From contig JBNZDD010013730.1 in NCBI GenBank assembly GCA_050575255.1, positions 4,455,316-4,519,315 on the forward strand: a stretch of DNA of 64,000 bases, in the 5' to 3' direction. Positions 25,661 to 38,900 of the stretch are shown here, piece by piece (the stretch's first letter is position 1; every line of letters starts with the position of its first letter). The notes under the pieces were generated by a model. It saw only the letters and a list, made by a program, of their open reading frames with translations, was not told where the DNA came from and did not search any database. This stretch comes from Harriotta raleighana. Its lineage: Eukaryota. The position numbers and the translations under genes were made by a program.

Positions 25661-25714
25661 GGGGATGAAGGTCCTATTGGTCCATCAGGTCCTCCAGGTC
25701 CCGGAGGTCAGAAG
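25661..25714 (+). CDS. COL24A1: COL24A1 54-nt exon GDEGPIGPSGPPGPGGQK
   Basis: ttcctacacag| ... AAG|gtaaag. Confidence 0.95.
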
Positions 25715-28700
25715 GTAAAGTACTTTTCTTTTTGCTGCTGAATTGGTCTCTTCTGAGCTGAAATAGAAATCAAGGTGCTGTAACATTTGAGCCATCAATT
25801 ATTTGCCTGTACTTCATGTACTTCAACTCTGAATGTTGTACCCGTTTTAAGAAGACTAACGGTAGGGTGATCCGAGCCAGGTGACCTATTAGTACTTTGC
25901 AATGTCAACTCTGAATGGGACTATGATATCAACTCGGTATAAACACCAAACATCGAATTTCAACCAAATATTTATTTCATTTCTATCTGCCTGAGTTTGA
26001 AATGGGATCATGTCTTAGTTCTGTCTGCAGTTATAAATTTAAGTTTGAATAAATAAAACCTTAGAACTTTTTACTATCCCCCAAAAGTGTTAACAAACAC
26101 AAAGAGCAATCTTCCAATTTAATATTTTCTGCCCAAACATGACCAATGATGCTGATTTGTAGCCTATTGCATTCACAGCCAAGTATGATTGTATCAGACA
26201 CCTATCGGATGTGAGTCTGCTAATTTCCGTGACTCACTGTCTTCTCTTTGAGCTTATCTTAAAATTCCTCTAAAATTATATTTAAAAACTGAATACGGCA
26301 TTGTTTTGTCCTTGAGTATCTTGAAACTTGTGTAATTCTTATATTTTCTATTGTGTATCATTAAAGATGTCTAAAATTCATCAATTGTATTGTAGAAATC
26401 ACCCAGTAAACCATATAGCGAATAAAGGATTAGTGTACAAATTAAAACGATAGATATACTGGGAGAATGACATAATGAGACCCTGAGGCTTTAGTTTCCC
26501 TGCCTAGTGTTGACTGAAGTTCAGGGATAATCAACGATACACTACTGTTAATTATCTCCCTAAATACAGCAGTGTACACCTAAGCCAGCTGACGTTTGTG
26601 TGACCATCATTTGTATTGATGGTACAGTCCGAATGCTGGCACACCTCAGTGGCAATCTCCCTGCTAAGTTTTAGACTCTCATATATTGTCTTCATCACAC
26701 AAAGATACTATAAATCAGAGCAGTGAGAAAATCAAATTACTGTACTCCACACTGGTGTTGCCTCAGGATTGGCGTCTGGCTGTTGGTTGGGCTCGTACTC
26801 AGACCTAGCTCGGTCCTTTGAAATATTGTGCTGGAGGAAACGAAGATGTACAATTATTCTGCTTCATTCTCCCTGCAGCTTGGATGTAATTGTACGTGCC
26901 TTTTTTGAAATAGACATTATTTTAATTGTTTCTGCACTTGTTGCCTCAGCATGTTTCATCAAGTTTGTCTTGGTCTGTGCGTAATGGCACTGAAATGTCT
27001 GCATCGGCTGTAATGGAGTTTAGTAGCGTCTGTCTGGAATTGACCAATTTCCTGGTAAAGTCCAGGATTGATTCATTTACACTATATATAATAAATACAA
27101 TCGTTAGTTCAGTAAACGTTTTTACAAACTTAAACATGTATCTTGACACTTACAATTAAGATGCATGGCTACTTCATCTCAATTAGAGAGAAGGCCCGTT
27201 ATATCTTACTTGCTAATCTGTCCTGAAAAATAAAGATTTTTAAAAATATCTTCGGCCTGATAAAAGCTCTCACTAAATCCACGACCCTTGGCTGTGCTGC
27301 TTTCTTCTGCTCTCTCAGGTGATGAATCTTCTCGCTGTGGAATTGCATTTGTTTGCAAACAAATGCAACCTGCCACTCCGGCTGATCAGCCTCCACAGTT
27401 TTGTGTGCTCGCTTTTCCAAAATGCAGTGTAGTTTTCCGTGATTGATTGAGCTCCCAAATTGGATCAATTCTGGCCTGTTGGGGTTTTCTCAGCTTGCCC
27501 AGTGTGAATCAGCTTGGCTTCAGATGGCACACAGTGGCCAAAACAAGTCAGTGCAGTTTCAGATGCGTCAGCACAGGCGCTGCAGTTAAAATAAACACTG
27601 ACGCGCAACTGAAAAATGTAATGTACGCAGTGGCTGTTCCCTACAAAAGACTCCAATAAAACCCAGTATCAGTGTGGTTCAATGAAATCAGAGGAGCTGA
27701 TCACTGGAGCCACCCATCATTCGCAGTCTACCATGGCACCTGGCAACGGAATAAAACCATATCACAGAAGTGGGAAGAAATGTTATGGTATGTCTTAAGA
27801 AATCTGAGTGGAGGTGTTGCACTCGGCGCTCTGACATGCTGGAACTTTACTTCGAAAAGGGAGAATTGAAACGCCAATTCCCGTGAGTCAGAATCCTGGC
27901 CTTCCACGTTTCCCAGTTAGGAAATCTAGCAAGAAATACTGCTAAGTTGATCCTTTTAAAATTTGGATCAGTGAAGCTGTTGATATCCAGTCCCGACCCA
28001 CAATTCCAAATAGAAAGACAACCCCTTAGGATTCACATTTTTCTCATTAGGAACTTTGCTTTTGATCCTCTACAAATTTTGCCAACTTTGCATAGTACAT
28101 TATCATACAATTGTTTACAACTAGCAAGCATGAGGACCATATTTCCAAATCGACTAAACCATTCATTCTTAAGTAAAATCTCAGGCCTTTCTATATACTG
28201 CATACATATACTGTATATATATATATATGTTTATATTTGCACATCTGTACATTTCTGTATATTTTCTTCTTGAGGTATTTTTATTGGTTTTGAATTATTT
28301 CCACAGTCTTCTCTTTCAATACCATTTTGCAATGCTTACATTCCAAGTCAAATATTGGAACCACAGCTGCAATTTTCCAGTCTTCAGGAATTTTTTTCTC
28401 CTGACCAAGCACTTTTTGAGATAGTTATTTGGTGATTGCTGGATACCAGCCACAGTAGAATATTCTGCCTAATCACACCTGTAACTGGATTGTGGCCATT
28501 TTTTCAAAATTCCACTTCACCCTTGAGGGTTCGTTCACTTTATGTAGACCATGAAACTAAATAAACCAATCCTTCTTTCAAAAAAAAAACTAATTTAATA
28601 TTATTTTCTTCACGTCTTCTGATACCGCATTACTTGCCTAGGAGCTGCTCCTTGGCCTTTACCAGCTTTACAACCAGCCTTTCGTTCATTAATTTTCTTC

Positions 28701-28772
28701 AGCTAGCAGCAGTGCTCTGAAAAGTTTCCCATCTACACTTTTCAAAAGATTATTTTCCCAAATATTGCGTTT

Positions 28773-28930
28773 ATAGAATCATAGAATCTCATGGCACAAA
28801 AGGAGGCCATTTGGCCCATCGAGTTTGTGCCAGTTCTTCAAAAAGAGCAAATTAATCCCACTCTCCAGCTCTCTCCCCATAACCTCGCAAACTCATCCTC
28901 CCCAAATAAATGTCTACCTCCCTTTAAGGT
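28773..28930 (-). mobile_element. CR1 LINE 3' end
   Basis: atagaatcatagaatc ((ATTCTATG)n tail) followed by ggaggccatttggcccatcgag. Confidence 0.8.
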
Positions 28931-29119
28931 TGTCCAGGTTTTTAATTCTTACACAATGAAGGAGTTGAAGGCTAAATAATTCTAACCAAAGCTAGTGATT
29001 TTAAGTGATTGAATTGCTATTTAAGCCTTGCTAAATTTGTATGTAGCCATCATATTTTTTCAGTGAATTGCTTACAGCAGTCTTGGATTAACTATTTAAC
29101 CATCTACTCGATTTATAAC

Positions 29120-29180
29120 NNNNNNNNNNNNNNNNNNNNNNNNNNNNNNNNNNNNNNNNNNNNNNNNNNNNNNNNNNNNN

Positions 29181-29220
<40 letters not shown>

Positions 29221-29309
29221 ACCACCACCTTCCCCTGCACCCGTTTTTATACAGTGTTTTGAAGGGTATGAAACGTATTTGAAATAATTCATTTTCAGNA
29301 CCACCACCC

Positions 29310-29354
<45 letters not shown>

Positions 29355-29429
29355 ACCACCTTCCCCTGCACCCGTTTTTATACAGTGTTTTGAAGGGTGT
29401 GAAACGTATTTGAAATAATTCATTTTCAG
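29120..29429. other. Assembly gap (61 n) plus poly-C tracts duplicated around a single n (29299)
   Basis: n run 29120-29180; C runs 29181-29220 and about 29311-29354; the flanking accttcccctgcacccg...cattttcag occurs twice. Confidence 0.9.
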
Positions 29430-31734
29430 TCTCTGGGTAATGAATCAAAAGTAGCCAAATGTCACAAAAAATTGATCTCTGAAGGCAACTGTTGCTCAGA
29501 TCTGTTTTTGGTTGAGTAATCTTGAGTTCAGTAACAGCATGAAAAGGCCGTATATCATTTTTTTATTGTACAAAGTAAGTTTTAAACTAGTTTACCTGCA
29601 GGAACATGCAGTGTTTTCATTGGTATTCTAAGTAATGGAAATGCCTGGAAGTCTGAATAAGTCATTTAGTTCTCACAATACTGTATATTTAAGATGCATA
29701 TTAGATTCAAATTGGTGCTATTTCTTAACAGGTTTCTTGAGGAAAGATTTGTCATTTTTGAATTCTTGAAACATCAAATATATTGAAGAATAAAATTATA
29801 GTTAATATTTGTAGCTATTTCTTCTATAGGAACAGGCAGCCTACCAGCTAGTTGTAGATTTAGAATTGTTCTTCATACAAAAATGCCTTACTGTTCCACT
29901 AAATTGCTTGGGGAATGATCTCTGCATTTTGTAAAAGCTGATGTATTGTGTATTTGAGTTAGACAAACTGAATTTTAATTAATGTGAGATGTGGTTTAGT
30001 CCGGACAACTCCACTATCAATTATAGCCATATATTAGAAAACTTTTTTTTTAAATTGTTACAGGATATATAGAACCAGACTTGTGTGTTTATCATTGAAG
30101 TAAGTTTTAGCCAATTAAATATTTAAAATTGGACAAGGGGCTGTATTAGTTGGCTCTAGATTCTTGATCCAAATATAATGTTGATTTTAGCAAAGATTTT
30201 CAATGTAAAAACCACTTCCACTTCATTACTTTAAACAGTCATTCTGATCCTAATTCAGCATTTCAATATAAGATTCCAGGCGAATCAGAAAATGAGCTAA
30301 ATCATGGAATTATTAATGTGCTGCAAGCTTAAATCAAAACAATCCACAGTTATCTGTGCTTTGGAAGTCAAAGTGTAGTTTAGAAGTTTATTCACTTTTG
30401 TCTTAAAAGTCCAAAGCCTAAAAGAGGAATTAACAAAGTAGGTTCTTTAGCTTATCCTTCCGGAATATCCTACCTTCTTCCCATGAAAGCATCTAAGCTA
30501 TTATAAAAAGCCAATGACTGCCCTCAACCACTCTTCTCAGTAAACAGTTCCAGCTGCTGATTGTCTTTCTTGCTGTCTGTCCTAAAATTATCCTTCAGAA
30601 CCCTGAGCATGCAATCTCTTGTTTTGCTGCATATCTAAAATAATTATTCAGGGATTGTTATTTTTCATTAGATTGAGTTGCTGAATGAGTGACCAAGTGG
30701 TTTCTGGTCAACAGATAACTACCAATTGTGTTGTCTGTAGTTCAATTAAAATGATCACAATTTTATTCTGTGTGACTGGATTTACATCACAATACAATTA
30801 CTACACTTCACAGTATACCCGGTGAAGCATTTGAGATGCCTAAACACTACTATATTATTATAAGACAGCTGCTCACAACTCATTGAGCGAAATATACTTC
30901 ACAAATATGATTTAATCAATGTTTTAGTGCTTCAAAAGAGATTTTACGGTAATAACAAATGGAAATGTACTGTTTAGAAACTCACATGATTTCCCACTAG
31001 ACAATTTCCAATTTAAAAATCTGTTATGCATTTTATTTCAGTTATTAGCTTAAGTTGGTCACAAACATGGCTAGTAAATGTACAACAGGACTGTATCCAC
31101 TTCACACCATTCATTTGGGAATCATAGTCTGTATCATGAAAGGAATAATTCAAGCGTTCTGTAGACTTGCGCATTCTCCTTGATTGCAACAACTATGTTT
31201 CTGTGCTGTTAGTGCGCATATGTATGCTGTTATTAATGACTTGTATGATAAATTGTCTTCTTCCACATTGAGCAACATATTGAGCTATAACTTTACAATG
31301 AAAATCTGTGAACAATTAAAATGGAATGGATTCAACAAATTGCGCAAAGGGTTATCATATCTACCAGTCCATGTGCATAAAATATGCAGCAGGGACGTTT
31401 AGGTTTAAAACTTCAAACACAATTGGTATGATTTTAGCTGTATTTGATAATCCAGCAATGAAATTTTTTTTTTGCAGACTGTGCTGTTTTCACTTTGATT
31501 GCATTTCATCGGTGATTTGAATAAATCTAAATTTCTGTTCGTGCAATGCCACAGTGGTCTATTGTACCCCATCCTCCCTTATATTTGCTCAAAAAGGGCA
31601 TCTATTTGTTGCTGACCAATGACAACCTGTATCCTCTTTTGATCACTCTGTTGCTGTCTAATATTCTGTAGCTGATACATGCCAAATCCTCTGTGGTAGA
31701 AACATTTGCCTCTTACTGGAACCACTGAAATGAA

Positions 31735-31900
31735 TTGGTCACTCGATCCACAGCTGTTTGTGGGACGCTGCTGAGCGCAATTGGCTCCCGCGTTTCGCCC
31801 CCAAAATATCGAGTCGCTTTCCAGTATGTTCTGTGATGCGCTTTGAGACATCTAGAAGACATAATAGGGGCTCATTATTATAAATAATGCAAGGATTATT
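31735..31900 (+). mobile_element. SINE 3' half
   Basis: ctgtttgtgggacgctgctgagcgcaattggctc...gcgctttgagacatctagaagac...aatgcaaggattatt. Confidence 0.75.
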
Positions 31901-32686
31901 TCTATTAAATACTGTAGATCTTCTAATCTTGCTCGACTGTAACTATGCAAGACACTCGTATAAATCAAGAAAGGTATTTCCATTGCTATTCAAAATGCCG
32001 CTTGCTTCTATGCAGAAAGAAGTAGCTGGACATTTTGGTGTAGTACTCATCTCATAATTCCATTTGGCTCAATTATGTTTCTTAGACAGCGGCTGCTAGC
32101 ATATGAATTGGGAATGAGTAAATTGGTTGGACTGTCTCCAACCTTTTGAAAGAATAATTGTGAACAGCAGGTTGCTCTGGGCACTTTGCCTTCATGTTCT
32201 TGGTTCCTGAAGCTTTCTCCTTCCAGTACTATCATCAACATGCTGTACAATAAATGATTCATGGCAGAAGTGCTGTCTTGTTCGATGGCAAGGCAGTTGA
32301 ACAGACCAGGCCTGTGTCATTTTTAGTAACTGCATAACCCAGCAGCAGCGGAATTATGTTTTCATCGTGCAGAGGCATGTTTTTACACAATTTTTGCTTG
32401 ATCGCATCAAAGCGTTTGTCAAACCTGTGTCGTTTTCAATACGATGCTCCTTTCAGTGAAGCGCATTTACGTTTCACAAAATAGTTTAATCTACCCTCAA
32501 CATGTATTGCAGAAAAAGCGGATAAATGAATTGTCATCTTCGAAAAACTCTTTTGCTTCCAGTTACGTTTAAAGCAAAGCAAGTTTGTCTGATTCATTTG
32601 AAATGTCAGCACCTTAACAACTGGCTCGCCCGCCAAGTACTTGGAAGTTGTCTAAAATGAGCACCTGTTGATTATTTCTGTTTCAG

Positions 32687-32731
32687 GGTCCCAAAGGATA
32701 TCATGGACCACCAGGACCACTGGGGGAGCAG
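32687..32731 (+). CDS. COL24A1: COL24A1 45-nt exon GPKGYHGPPGPLGEQ
   Basis: tctgtttcag| ... CAG|gtatgt. Confidence 0.95.
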
Positions 32732-33290
32732 GTATGTGCTTTGAATTCCTTTTCTCTTGTCATTTGCCAATGTTTGCTTTGTAATTGACATGATATTTGA
32801 GAAAGTGTTACGCCTGGCATGTAGGTAAGTTTCACAAAATCAGCCCGTCCAACGTTATGAACTGAAGGAACGGAAAGTTGTGCGTTGACGAGGAGTTCTT
32901 ATCATGTTGCTGATTTGTGAGAAATTGTGGTCTCTTCATCACTTGTTCATAAAGAGTTTTAACATTTCCTGTTGCCAGCAAACAGTGCGACAGGCCTCAA
33001 GAATTTACTGAAAATTAACTATTTCATCGTGGCTTTATATTTTAATCAATGTGAAGCCTGTAATAAAATACAATTAAGAGGCAGTTGCTGAAAAAAATGT
33101 CTTCGCCTAATCTTCTAATTAAGGTTTCAACCCCATTCTTTGGGTTTTGGATGAAGCACAGTCACTATTTCCATTTGGAGATTCAGATCAACCTCAAAGG
33201 CACAGAGCTGGAATTAGTCTTGAAAATTTGCCACAAATGCTTAATGTCCCTTGATCCACTTAATCCTCTAGATACTCAGTCTGCTGTAAC

Positions 33291-33493
33291 TGATAAGAGT
33301 TGAAATGTTGGGAGAAACAGAAACAAATCTTGAGCATTTCATGCGACAGTTAACAGTGTTTAGAATTAGAAGCGTGAGCAATCAGACCTACNTGATAAGA
33401 GTTGAAATGTTGGGAGAAACAGAAACAAATCTTGAGCATTTCGTGCGACAGGTAACAGTGTTTAGAATTAGAAGCGTGAGCAATCAGACCTAC
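33291..33493. repeat. About 100-bp duplication around a single n (33392)
   Basis: tgataagagttgaaatg...cagacctac occurs twice with two substitutions. Confidence 0.85.
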
Positions 33494-33830
33494 AAAAAAA
33501 ACTATAGGTTTCACCCAAAGGCTAAAAGAACCTGATTATGTGACATTTGTACTTTTGTATTTTGTGTGACATCTTTTTATGATAATCTCTGATTTCAAAT
33601 ATCCTGTTCCGACAAACCTTAACTCGGACTTACTTGTTGGAAGTTCAATTGACCTCTGTACAGGAATAGAAACTCAACTCAATCAATGGAACCCCACGAT
33701 ACAAGGAGCAGATCCCTTATTGTCATAGGACTGTAGTTTTAAATGAAATAATTGACGCTCAGGCAGGATTTAACATTTTCCACCATTAATATTTAACACC
33801 AATGTTCATGTCTAACTCTTTCCTCCCCAG

Positions 33831-33884
33831 GGAATGGCAGGGCCCATTGGCAGACCTGGCAAAGCTGGTTACCCTGGCAGGCAG
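33831..33884 (+). CDS. COL24A1: COL24A1 54-nt exon GMAGPIGRPGKAGYPGRQ
   Basis: ttcctccccag| ... CAG|gtgcag (weak donor). Confidence 0.93.
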
Positions 33885-34284
33885 GTGCAGTAACTATACT
33901 TTGGATTTTTGAGGGGGTTCTGTATTGGACACCGTTTGTACAGTTTTCAAACATTCGCTACATTGACGTTATCACTTGACATGTGTTTGAAATAACATTT
34001 GGTACCCACGACATGTTGGACGTGTTTTCAAATAATCAAGTCCACCGATCATTACTCTTGTGTCCTATCATCATTATTATGTACAATTCACAAATTATAA
34101 TCCATGGGTGAGTGTGTAAAAAGAGGGTTGCCCAGTGGCCAACTGTTGCTCCTTGTCTTGCTGTCTCCTCTTTCCATTGCGGTTGATATTAAGAGCTTGC
34201 CTTGTGCGCTTTGGACATGAACCTATTTCCTATTAGGGATGCCATACAGAGAGTCAGCTATCAGCCAGCTTTCTGCCACCACTC

Positions 34285-34411
34285 ACCATGTGGAACATCA
34301 ATTCACCTGCTCTGCTGTACTGGTTTATTGACGTTACATTGAATGGGCANACCATGTGGAACATCAATTCACCTGCTCTGCTGTACTGGTTTATTGACGT
34401 AACATTGAATG
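34285..34411. repeat. About 60-bp duplication around a single n (34350)
   Basis: accatgtggaacatc...acattgaatg occurs twice. Confidence 0.85.
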
Positions 34412-34993
34412 TACAATCGTGTGAGACATGTTCTAAGAGTACAATGTGGGACAATTCCGTGGAAATCAATCATAAAGGCTACTGTGGTACTCACCTAGTC
34501 TCGAGCCAAACTATATTCGCAACCCAGTTTAGAGATCACTGTCGCTACAAACCAATTGAGGCCCTTGGCAAAAAGTGACTGGTCTAAAGAGTAGCATCTT
34601 TGAATTCCTGTTGTAAAAGATGAGTGAATGTTCCTGAGAGTTTACATTGCTCGAGTTTCTCAAATAGTGACAGATGCATGCTTCACTACTAGCATTCCAT
34701 CAGTGATTCTGCAAATGAAACCCCGAAGTGTTTTTTCCAATCTTTATTTTGTTAAGAGCAAGACCAATGCTGAGATGAATCATGAAAGATTAAATTGTAT
34801 TTAAAACTTGGCAGCTGCTATGGGTGATGAATAAAATAGTGCATTTGGTATGAATATATCTCATTCATAGTTTCATAATTTATCATTCAACTACAAAATT
34901 ATGAATGCCGACTAAGTATCAAGTTTATCTTGTATGGGATAAAATTCTGAATTAATAAGATCATGAATTTTTCCACTTTTTTTTATTGTTGCC

Positions 34994-35000
34994 TACTAAC
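34994..35000 (+). promoter_or_regulatory. Consensus branch point TACTAAC
   Basis: Perfect TACTAAC ending 20 nt upstream of the 35021 exon. Confidence 0.75.
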
Positions 35001-35020
35001 ATGTTTTATGTTTATTGCAG

Positions 35021-35065
35021 GGTTTGGCTGGACCAGAAGGTTACCCAGGTCCCAAAGGTGTAAGG
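35021..35065 (+). CDS. COL24A1: COL24A1 45-nt exon GLAGPEGYPGPKGVR
   Basis: ttattgcag| ... AGG|gtgagt. Confidence 0.95.
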
Positions 35066-35787
35066 GTGAGTACGATTTTAGGGATGTGTCAAACAATTAT
35101 AAAGCTAGTAAGGGCAGTAATGTTTAAAGTCAATTCATTCTGTGTCACTGCCTGTTTTTAGAGTGATTTTTTATATACCTTCAGCTGTCAGTTCATCTGT
35201 ATCATTCCTTTCATGCACTGCAACACATTATCCAAGTACTGTACATATGCATCCTCAATTCATTTTTTGGGGGGGCTTAAATCTGGGACAGGAATAAACA
35301 GTTGGATAATTTGTGCTGGAGAATGTGTTGAGCATAAGGTGCTGGCAACATCTGTGTGCCTCCGTGTTCTGCCTTAATCTTTTTCAAGAGGGTTCTGTCC
35401 AAACATATCACAGGTTAAAAGCCACGGGCCTGGGTTTATTGCTTCCATTCGCACAATGAGAATAATGCAAACCCCAGCAGCTAATGCTTATGTCTTTCAT
35501 GTGTCTAGTGAAGCGCAGACTCTGTGAATTCATAGTAAACAATCAAGCATTTGTTTTTCTTTAACCTGCCAGCCCATTGAGGACAATGCTGCGACGTTTG
35601 CGCACCAGCCTTCAGCCACACTCTAATGATGGTTGTAATTGTCATGGTAGCTTTTCTTTCTATAGAGAAAGAAAGACTAATGCGTCAGAGATAGACTAAT
35701 GTATCTTCAAAGAAGGCAGGCAGAGTTCTGAATAAAGCACAACAAAATAGACAGTCTTTACCAATGACTTTGTGAGTTTAATCAAGA

Positions 35788-35915
35788 ATTAGCTGAGCTA
35801 CCCAGAGCAAAAATGGTTTGTTCCCTGATCTTTGCTAAGTTAGCTGTTCTGAGCCTCGATAGAATCGCGGTTTAGGGAGGAAAATTGTCCAAGCTCCTGT
35901 TCTTTGGTGCTGTGT
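35788..35915 (+). mobile_element. LF-SINE-like relic
   Basis: tgctaagttagctg...agggaggaaaattgtccaagctcctgttc, the sense counterpart of the 21862 piece. Confidence 0.45.
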
Positions 35916-38900
35916 AAAATTTCTGCTGGTGGCTTAAGAGGATAATTTATGACTGGAACTACAGATGGAACAGGTTGCCAGGAACGAATGCTGAGGCCAC
36001 AAAATTGGACTTATTTTAAAAAAAACAGCTTGATGCTGTGATGGGAGGGTGGGTGTTCTGGAAAGATGAAAGACTGAAGGGTTTTCTTGATCCAAACTAA
36101 TCTTGTCATCTTTCAATGAACAAAATAGGTACAGGAATTTAGCAAGGTTTTTTTTTAGCAACTTGGGTGCGAAGGTGGCTAATCCAGTTTTTTGAAGGTC
36201 AAAGGATTTTCTAGAGGAGAGTTTCATCATGTGAACAGCAAGAATGATCTCTTGTAACTGTTAGCAACATATTGGGTGTCAACATGTACTGTTTGCTGAC
36301 AAATCCCAAACAGAATATTCACTAGTTTCAGTGAATTTCACTAGCATTAGGTGCAAAACAACAATATTTTTCAAGAACAATTTTAGATTTGTGCATGAAT
36401 TTTTCGGTATGAAATCTGAAATTCAGTGAAATTCATTCACCCAATAACCCACAGAATCCTGTAAACCCAGGAAATCACGTGATGTCATATCATGTGTTTG
36501 CTGAGTGAACACTCCTCATAATAGGGACTTTGTTGTAAAACAACATCTTTGCAAAACAGCCCATCCATGATCTTGTTGAATGTTCCAAAAGCACTAAAAT
36601 GTAAGATGAGTGTCAATGCTCTGCGGGTCTGCTTTTAACATCTCCAATGTTTCATCAGATTCTGAAAATAGAATTAGATTTTTCTTCTGAAGTAGGAGTG
36701 AAGAACAACCAGTAATTTAGTCTGGGCTTCAGATGACTTGTCCTAATGACTCCAGCTTTGATATTTTTAGCAGAATGTTGCTTCTTGCCAATCTTACTGC
36801 AGCGTGGTTTCCTCTGTCTACCATAACCAAGAGATGACATAAGAACTGTTAATGTTACTCTTTTTTTAATGTGGGCATCAAATTAATTTCTGCTCAGTGA
36901 AGCACAACAACAAGGATACAACTCTGATGCTTCCAAATGCGCTGGATTCAAACATTCTTAACGAATTAATACTGACCACTACAGTTAGATGAAAACCTTC
37001 ATTTTCACATTAATCACAGAATAACAGTTTGTCTTATTTCCAGAGGGCAATTGATATTTTCTGATTAAGAGCACTTATCTAAGTCGGTTGCCAAAAATAT
37101 CAGTATTCTTTGCACTTAAAATAATAGGTTTAAAGTGAGTAAGTACAATTTAGCTGAGTTTTGTTTTCTTTAAAACAAGAAAATATAATTACCTTGTGGA
37201 TTGCCTTAATGTTCAATCATTTTTACATTATTTAAATGGCCTATTAAACTGCACTCAACGTCCTTTTATAATATTGGGATCATCCATTTGAACACAGCAT
37301 TTACAATTACAGCAAAATAATCCATTCATATTCTTACTCTGCAAATGATTTAGACCTGTGCATTTTACGCAGGGTAATTTAATTTGGGGACAATGAATGA
37401 ATGTCATTCCAGTAAGCAGACCATTAGATGTATTTTGGCTGAACTGTAATAGGTGGTTGTTGCCACTTGTAGTAGATACGTGAACACCTTGGAATTTTAG
37501 GATCCTGTGGTCAATACTCCAGTTCTGTCGGGTGAGTAATTACAACTTCAATTTCCACTTCAGTTCATCAGAGAGTTTAGACCCTCCAGCAACACCTCGG
37601 AGAGCATCTGGCCAGCTGGACGGTCAAATGTTTCCTCTGTCTAATTATTATTGTCAAAACAAGTCAAGTCTGCAGTAGGAACTGAACCCAACAGACAGAC
37701 TTGTGATTAGCAAACGTACAGATCTGGTTTGCTTCTCATTGAGTTAATCTGGCAGCTAAAACATTTGTGCCTTCATCCAAAATATATTACAATTCTCAGT
37801 TTGGAAACAGCATGAATATATATTCAGAACAATAATTTTAATATTATTTTGCAACACTTCAAACAAAACTGGAATATTCCTCCTGAGCTATTTTAAAATA
37901 TTTATTTCCAATTTTCTGATGACGGGTGTATGTTTAGATTAAGATATCTCTGTGAAGGAGCAGATGCTCACGGTACAGAAGTAGGAGAGAAAATGGGATA
38001 AATAATGATGAATAAGATTTAATTTAAGCATCTTGTTGTGATGCAGGTAGGAGGGAGTATGGTGGTGTATTATCAGGTTTGGATATCTCAGCACAAGATC
38101 TCAATAAGTCCCTACATAGTCTATGTGATTTCAGTACATGAAGCATGTGGGCACAGATTGTTAATTCCAGAAGTGCCTTGCTATCTCCCTGGTGGTTGTT
38201 TTACAAGAAGCTAAATTCATAAGTCACGTGCCTGCAAATCTGCGATCAGAGGGAAAGGAGATTAGACAGCTTTGTGGAAAAGTGCCATTGAAATTTTCTA
38301 ACACTATCGTTGTGACATAGAACTATCTTTCCAAACCGTTCAAATTGATATAAATTTCTAAAGCCTTCTGAAAGAGCTTCTCACTTCAAGTCCTTCGTAG
38401 TGTGTGATTAGAGCACTCGTCTCGCAAGCGAGAGGATCCGGATAGACATATGTGTAATCCCCCAAACCCTGATATAACACAACAAAACAAATTTGCTTAC
38501 TATTCAATTAAATATTGGACCTGAGTTTAGACATCCTGCCGCCGGCTGGCTTTACATATGAATATAGATGACTCTCAGTTCATTAGTTCATCCCACGATT
38601 AAAGGACCGTCTTGCTTTGATCCATCCATAGGAAGCTAATGATGTCCAGGTTAAAGCGGGAACATCATGCTCCACTCTGCCTATCCAAAGGAAGTCCCTT
38701 TATGGCGACCTGAAGACCTAGAAATGGTTTATCATTTATCAGCAAGCTGTCATGCGTATAATAACGTCTCAGGTGCGAGCGTGCACTAGACTATTACACA
38801 GATGGATCCGAAACCCAGCCTTAGTACATGACTGTATGGGATTGCATTACATGAAACACATGGGCATTTATCAGGCTAATGTCTATTTTTTTCATCAGAG

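Noticed and set aside
26760-27150. Coding-looking minus-strand stretch
   Set aside because: Short frames interrupted by stops, no recognisable domain, and no convincing splice sites.
29009-29448. Poly-Pro/poly-Gly ORFs
   Set aside because: Translations of poly-C tracts and n runs at an assembly gap.
33291-34411. Direct repeats resembling an array
   Set aside because: Only two copies each, around single n characters; no repeat-spacer structure, and the context is eukaryotic, so not CRISPR.
38515-38823. Possible MITE (ggacctgagttt ... aaacccagcct), with similar CpG-rich patches at 27820-27900 and 57410-57500
   Set aside because: Terminal matches are too short and degenerate to call without a repeat library.
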